Assembly: GCF_902459465.1 (NCBI RefSeq)
Contig: NC_047067.1
Location: 20,770,001 to 20,834,000, forward strand
Length of the DNA stretch: 64,000 nt
Source: Asterias rubens
Lineage: Eukaryota
Reading direction: 5' to 3'
Position numbers and translations under genes: made by a program. Shown here piece after piece: positions 58,237 to 64,000 of this stretch (its first letter is position 1; the number at the start of each line of letters is the position of its first letter). The notes beneath the pieces were generated by a model that saw nothing but the letters and a program-made list of their open reading frames with translations, did no database searches and was not told the DNA's origin.

Positions 58237-59931
58237 CTGTAATTTTCGGATTATAAACCGCGCGGCGTATAAACCGCACTTCCTCAAAATATACAAAAAA
58301 ATATTAAGATGTCGGCGTATATGCCGCGCGGCGTATAAACCGCGATCAAAATAAAAAAAAGACATAAAAAAACTAACCTCAAAACACGGAAGTGAAGTAC
58401 GCAAACCTGCCGCGTTACGGGTGATTTTTTATCTCACACTATCAGTCCTGAGTTATATTTTGTTTCCATCAACAACCCTTTTCAAGAATTTGCGATTTGA
58501 TGATCGGTTGTGTTGACCATATGTTTTGTGAACTTCTTTGGCAACAATCTCCGTGAATCAAAGATCGGTCTACAACGCACACCGAGAAATAGTTGAACTT
58601 TGCCCTGCATCGCATCGCCCTCTGTTGACAAAAGTTGTTCACGTTTGATTAGACTGGGCCCCGAGCCTCAAAGCGTGGGTCAGACATCAAGCTCCCCGTT
58701 GTACAATGGGCAGCCGCTCTACTCGATCCGTCCGAAGTCTAGCCAAGATTTTATGAATGGAACTATCACCGGCCAATCAACAACGGCCAATCATCAAACG
58801 GCCAATCACTGCCAGCGTGAACACATAGGGGCCGTGCTTGTTTGCGGTCCCCTTGTGGCGATGTGCAGTGACAGGCGGGCGGCACATCACTCAGTCTTGT
58901 ATAGTTGGCCGCAATGTGGAGTTGCGTTGTAATTAGAGTGGAAATGTATTAAAGTTTACACTATTGATCGTAATTGAAATGATCTATTATAGGATAGCAT
59001 TCTTTTTGGGTTTTTTTTTTTTGGTTGGCCGGTGTTTCTCCCTCCCTTTTATTGTAGTCCCACAACGAGGATCCACACAACAGATTATTGCAACGACGGA
59101 CGGGCGGACGGACGTAGCGTGTGTGTATGCAGTAATGTATCATGCAGCGTGCACATTAAGCACATGTACACACATGCGAGTTCGTAAAGCTAGCAATCTG
59201 TTAATTGCGCTGCTCAATCTCGAGATTGCACAACAGATGTTGGCTGCACCGTATTGAGCGATGTTCGCCGACGGGTTGCGCTACGCCCTCGCATTTGCGC
59301 CGCCTGGAAATAAAATTCCCAATGTTACTGGACTCAACAATCAGGGCAGGTTGGAAACGTTTTGTTTGATCCCCCGGAGCGGCATAGCTCTTTGCGTACG
59401 TCCATTCACCATTCTGCTGTTGCGGTGTGCGTGGTTGAGCTGAAGAAACCGCTGGCTGACACGAGTGTAGCGGATGTCTGACGTCAGTATATAAAGATCG
59501 TGGGAAAAATAGACAGGGGACGAGTCTATTTCGCTGAGACACGAGTATAGCTTGAATGTCTGACGCCAGCATGTAGAGATCGCTAGGATAAATAGACGGG
59601 CACCAGTCTAGTCTAACCCGAGTTGCGCTGAGCGGGGGGAGCTAGCTAGCTGAGGGCGGCTGTTAAACGTTTTACAAAGGAAACATGGAATACAATTGTG
59701 GTGGGATTTTCAACAGGTTTTTGTCATCACACAGGCAGGTTTTTGTTCTCGTTTAAGAAAAAAAAAACATTATTTAGAATATTTTACAAACGATCTCTCT
59801 TTTTAAAAATGCCGTTTTTCTCTTAAATATTTATACGTCGGCTTACAAGCCGCCCGGAGAATAAACCGCAGGAGGTCAAAAAAATGTCAAAATCAACATA
59901 TAAACCGCGGTTTATAATCCGAAAATTACGG
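58237..59931. mobile_element. 1.7-kb non-autonomous pogo/Tigger-like (Tc1/mariner) element
   Basis: TA|CTGTAATTTTCGGATTATAAACCGCG ... CGCGGTTTATAATCCGAAAATTACGG|TA (25/26 TIR match, TA TSD); subterminal TATAAACCGC repeats; no intact transposase ORF. Confidence 0.85.
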
Positions 59932-62044
59932 TATATTAGCATACTGTATGAAGTGTGAATATATGAATTACACTATATATGCTTTGTTCTAGCTATTGTG
60001 TAGCATTCAAGTTCACTGTACCTGTTGGTCAAACTTTCCCGTTAATTCTCCGCCATTTTGCTCCTTATGATCCCATGACTCCATCAAGTAATCATATAAT
60101 ATTGAAGTTGACTTTGTCCGTTGGACCAAGGACTTTGTTTGTCACTGTGATTTTGTCCTGTAGCAGCTACCATTATCTGCTGTTGACATACAAACCCTCC
60201 CCCCCTGTACATGTACTTCATAAACAACCTTGTACCCTTTATGAGTTGACTTGCCCCAGACATTGTTAATTGGGCAATCTGGTGTGGCATCCAGACAAAA
60301 CACTCCCCCCCCCCCCCATGGTGTCATTTATTTGAGAGTCCTGTTGGTACTTCAGACTGTCACATTAGATTTGCTCACAGCTAGGGAGGCTAAGTTTTCA
60401 GCAGATACAAACAGTTATGAAATAGAGCTTTGTAGAAAACAAAATTGGTGATGTCACTAATTGCCAGAAAAAAATCTGCTGATGAAGGAAAAATCAAGTG
60501 TAAACGAAGACATGGTACACAATTGATCTTATTGACTAATAACCTTTTTCTGGTGGAAAGCAAATTTGTTATGCTTTCTCAGATTGTTTACAAATTTGAC
60601 TGACACATCCTTATGTTTCCAGACAAATTGTTATTTTGAAGTAATTGTTATATGGTTTCGACATTTGTTAAAACTAGAACAGGAACACAAATTTTGATTA
60701 AATTTTAGGAAACATCCCAAATGTATTTTTAATTTGGTGGACTGATATTCTATTAAAATGTTATGAAAACATTGCAGTTTTCTTGTATTTTTCATTAAAT
60801 TAAACTTGTAATGTATGTAGCGCCCACTAGCAATTATTGTTTGGCTGACAACAACGAATGATTCCCGCAGTTTCATGAAGGTCCCTGTGTAGGAAGCCGG
60901 CCGGGTTATCGCCCACAACTTATGCGGTTTGCCGCAGAAAAACATGAAAAGGGAAAAGAGCAAAGATTGAGACGGATGCGTTTCTAAATGTCGGGAAAAC
61001 TTGACATTTTAGAGATGATGTGGGGAAATAATGGAGGCTACAAAGAGCAGCTTCATTTTGACCATCCCTCCCCCTCCCTCAACCACCCACCACCAAGAGT
61101 ACTCCAAAAAAATTAAAATAACCATCCCCCATGAATGTCTCATCATGGAGGTAGGTCTTATCAGCGTTGGATACAAGTTATTATCTAGTCTGTAGTCATT
61201 TGTAAGTTTGGCAGCTCAGGGCTGTAATTATTGCCATTAATGAAAATTTTACCCCTTGATGAGAAAAGGCCATGTATAAAAATGAACAAATTTGTAGAAA
61301 AACAAAACAAATATAAAGCCACAGAGGAGTTCAAAAATTCATGTTTATTTTTGAAGGCGATTTGGAGCAACCATCAGTTCTTTCCAGAACCAACACTGCT
61401 CAAAAGAAACTTTCATATGGTGTTACCGCAAACTCACCTCATATTTATTATTGCCAAACATTTTTAGAGGCCACTCTCGATCAATAAACTCACTGGGACC
61501 TCCAACAAATATGCAATCCATACAAACATCACTAATGACCTTAGTCTTGATCTGATGATGAGTTGTTGTTGACAGTAAAACATTTATTATTTCCCATTAA
61601 TCATTCTTGATGTCTTTTAATCTTGTTTTGCATAGTTTACATTGTTTTTCCCTTGTGTGTAAATATTTTAATGATAGGGACCTACTACAGGTTCACAGAC
61701 GGTGAGCAAACAAACAAGCAGTTCCCTAAAATAAAGAAACGTCCCTGGAGTAACAACAAGTACGTGTTAACATAAAAGTGGTATAATTAAAAACATAAGA
61801 TATTGTGTACATGTTTTTAACCTTGTTTTAAGGTGGTGCAAGACTTTTAATAAAGACCAAATGGAAGAATTTTATAACAGGAAACCTCAAAACCCTATCA
61901 ATCATTTGAATTGACCTGATAGAACAGACAATAAGACATTTAAACACTTTGATTAAAAACATTCCATTGATCTTATTTTGAGTTGTGGTTTTCTGGGGAT
62001 GATCTTCAACTTATAAGATTGGTTCTCAGACACATCAAGGAGTA

Positions 62045-62107
62045 TGACCATTGATAGTCGACCCATGACTACATAATATGTAGTCATGGGTCGACTATCA
62101 ATGGTCA
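62045..62107. repeat. Perfect 63-bp palindrome (31-bp arms, 1-nt centre)
   Basis: TGACCATTGATAGTCGACCCATGACTACATA-A-TATGTAGTCATGGGTCGACTATCAATGGTCA. Confidence 0.97.
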
Positions 62108-62249
62108 ATGGTCAATGTATATTATACAGAGTCAGCTTTGTGTCTCATCAAACAACATCAGGCACCTGAAATTAATAGCCTGTTATGGACCGCCCCATAA
62201 TAGGAAATTACATCATGGGGCTACATATTAGGAGCTAAATTGAGAACAA

Positions 62250-62885
62250 ACAAACCCAGTTGGGATGCGCATGTCTGAATTGAGACCATAGACAAGTGCA
62301 GTTGGGATGCCCAAGTCTGAATTGGAAGTTGGGGTGCCCAAGTCCAAATTGAGAGCAGAAAGACCCAGTTGGGATGCTCAAGTCTGAATTGGAAGTTGGG
62401 ATGCCCAAGTCTGAATTGAGACCAGAAAAATGCAGTTGGGATGCCCAAGTCTGAATTGAGAGCAGACAAACCCAGTTGGGATGCCCAAGTCTGAATTGGA
62501 AGCTGGGATGCCCAAGTCTGAATTGGAAGTTGGGATGCCCAAGTCTGAATTGAGACCAGAAAAATGCAGTTGGGATGCCCAAGTCTGAATTGAGAGCAGA
62601 CAAACCCAGTTGGGATGCCCAAGTCTGAATTGGAAGTTGGGATGCCCAAGTCTGAATTGGAAGTTGGGATGCCCAAGTCTGAATTGGAAGTTGGGATGCC
62701 CAAGTCTGAATTGGAAGTTGGGATGCCCAAGTCTGAATTGGAAGTTGGGATGCCCAAGTCTGAATTGGAAGTTGGGATGCCCAAGTCTGAATTGAGACCA
62801 GGCAAGCGCAGTTGGGATGCCCAAGTCTAAATTGAGAACAGAAAGAACCAGTTGGGATGCCCAAGTCTTCACTGAGACAAACCCA
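62250..62885. repeat. Composite minisatellite of 27-bp and 40-42-bp units, ~19 units
   Basis: Shared core GTTGGGATGCCCAAGTCTGAATTG followed by GAA (short unit) or AGACCAGAAAAATGCA / AGAGCAGACAAACCCA (long units). Confidence 0.93.
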
Positions 62886-63817
62886 GTCTTGGTTTTTGTT
62901 CACACCATTGTCTCAGGAATTGCCATACAGTCTTTAATTTCCGAGTCCGTACCCTGCTGAGAAGTCCTTTTCCAGTTCACACTTTTCTTCCCTTTGACGT
63001 TTCTTGGCACCCTTCTTCATGTCATGTTGTTGAGTGTTCGCTTACTACCCAAGTTGCTTCTCTTTTCAACATTCATCTTATCACCTCTTGTTTTTGTTGT
63101 TGTCAGCAGAATTTGTTATTATTAAGGTCAGACAGGACACCCTGTACTTGGTAGTGTTTGTGTTTCCATAATGAGCCGCAGGGGGTGTGGACAGGTCCAG
63201 GCTGAGCTGTAAAGATAAGACCTCCTCTAGTTTGTCTTGTGACTCCCTGGGCTGACTCTGCACACCTGTCCTGACACTTAACCAATCATTAGAAAACACT
63301 TCAAAAATTACACTTGTTTTTAAGATCCTTTTGCCTCGAACTTCGCTGTTGAAGGGGCAAGCCAATTACCCTCCGGTAAGGGGCACTTCTACGAGGAAAC
63401 TAAAAATTTGTATTGAAACTTAGAGAAGGGCACCACAGCAAAGACACAGGGCACCACGGCAATTGCTGTGAGTGTCATGGGTTATTTTGAAGCCTGCATT
63501 TCCCTTATTAAGGGCTGTTTCTAAAATATTGTTAGCCCAAAACAAAATTACCTTTATGCTGGCTCCATTAGCTTGAATAATTGGGTTTCTTCTGATATTA
63601 CATGCATGAATTGTCATACATTGTTAATACCTGTTTATGCTGGCAATTAAAATGGAGAATTATTGATTTTTCTACCTCTGCATTTGTTTTCATTTTACAT
63701 ACAATGTTGACACACCAGCAACATCAATGCTTTGTTATGATACAATATTAATGCTTAGTGATTTATTTTAAACATTAATTTACATATTACCAGGAAATAA
63801 AAACTTGTTGGTTTTAA

Positions 63818-64000
63818 AGCCATTATACACTTCCGGTAAACAGTATTGTCCAAGTCCCACACTTCGTGTATCACAACTTATATATAAAATAACAATCCTG
63901 TGGAAATTTAGGCTCAATCGGACATCGGAGTCGGGAGGAAATAACGGGAAAACCCACTCCTGTTTTCGCGCGTTTCGCCGTGTCATGACATGTGTTTACA
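63818..64000. mobile_element. Left end of a probable Kolobok-like element running off the window
   Basis: TTAA|AGCCATTATACACTTCCGGTAAACAG start, resembling the AG-initiated TTAA elements at 41343 and 55679. The right TIR is not in the window. Confidence 0.45.

Noticed and set aside
58380-58600. Transposase HTH remnant in the pogo-like element
   Set aside because: One minus frame (FTEIVAKEVHKTYGQHNRSSNRKF) is only vaguely similar and is closed by stops; insufficient.
62221-62903. 164-222-aa ORFs
   Set aside because: Generated by the 27/40-bp repeat; frames shift at each long unit.

Overview
AT-rich, intron-rich animal genomic DNA. The gene models and repeat types suggest an echinoderm, probably a sea star (inference). 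The left ~36 kb is gene-dense: a decayed front-end fatty acyl desaturase (FADS-like pseudogene, +), AAMP (+, 11 coding exons), a secreted collagen-C1q protein (-), NABP/SOSS-B (+), ZC3H15 (+, with a probable 15-nt microexon) and DNAJC10/ERdj5 (-, 20 coding exons, ending in KDEL). All exon chains were traced by hand with GT-AG junctions and continuous phase. The right ~28 kb has no gene I can name. It holds a CpG-rich structured island at ~37.6-38.0 kb, orphan exon-like blocks, MITEs (Merlin-like, hAT-like, Kolobok-like, a 1.7-kb pogo-like element), tRNA-derived SINE pieces, local duplications, a perfect 63-bp palindrome and a composite 27/40-bp minisatellite. Best leads: a Merlin-like MITE family with three independent 8-bp-TSD insertions including a 51-bp minimal form; a low-probability telomerase-RNA-like arrangement at 37.6 kb; repeated micro-duplications of exon boundaries; and linkage of four genes whose human orthologues lie on 2q32-q35. 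No CRISPR or prokaryotic features are present.
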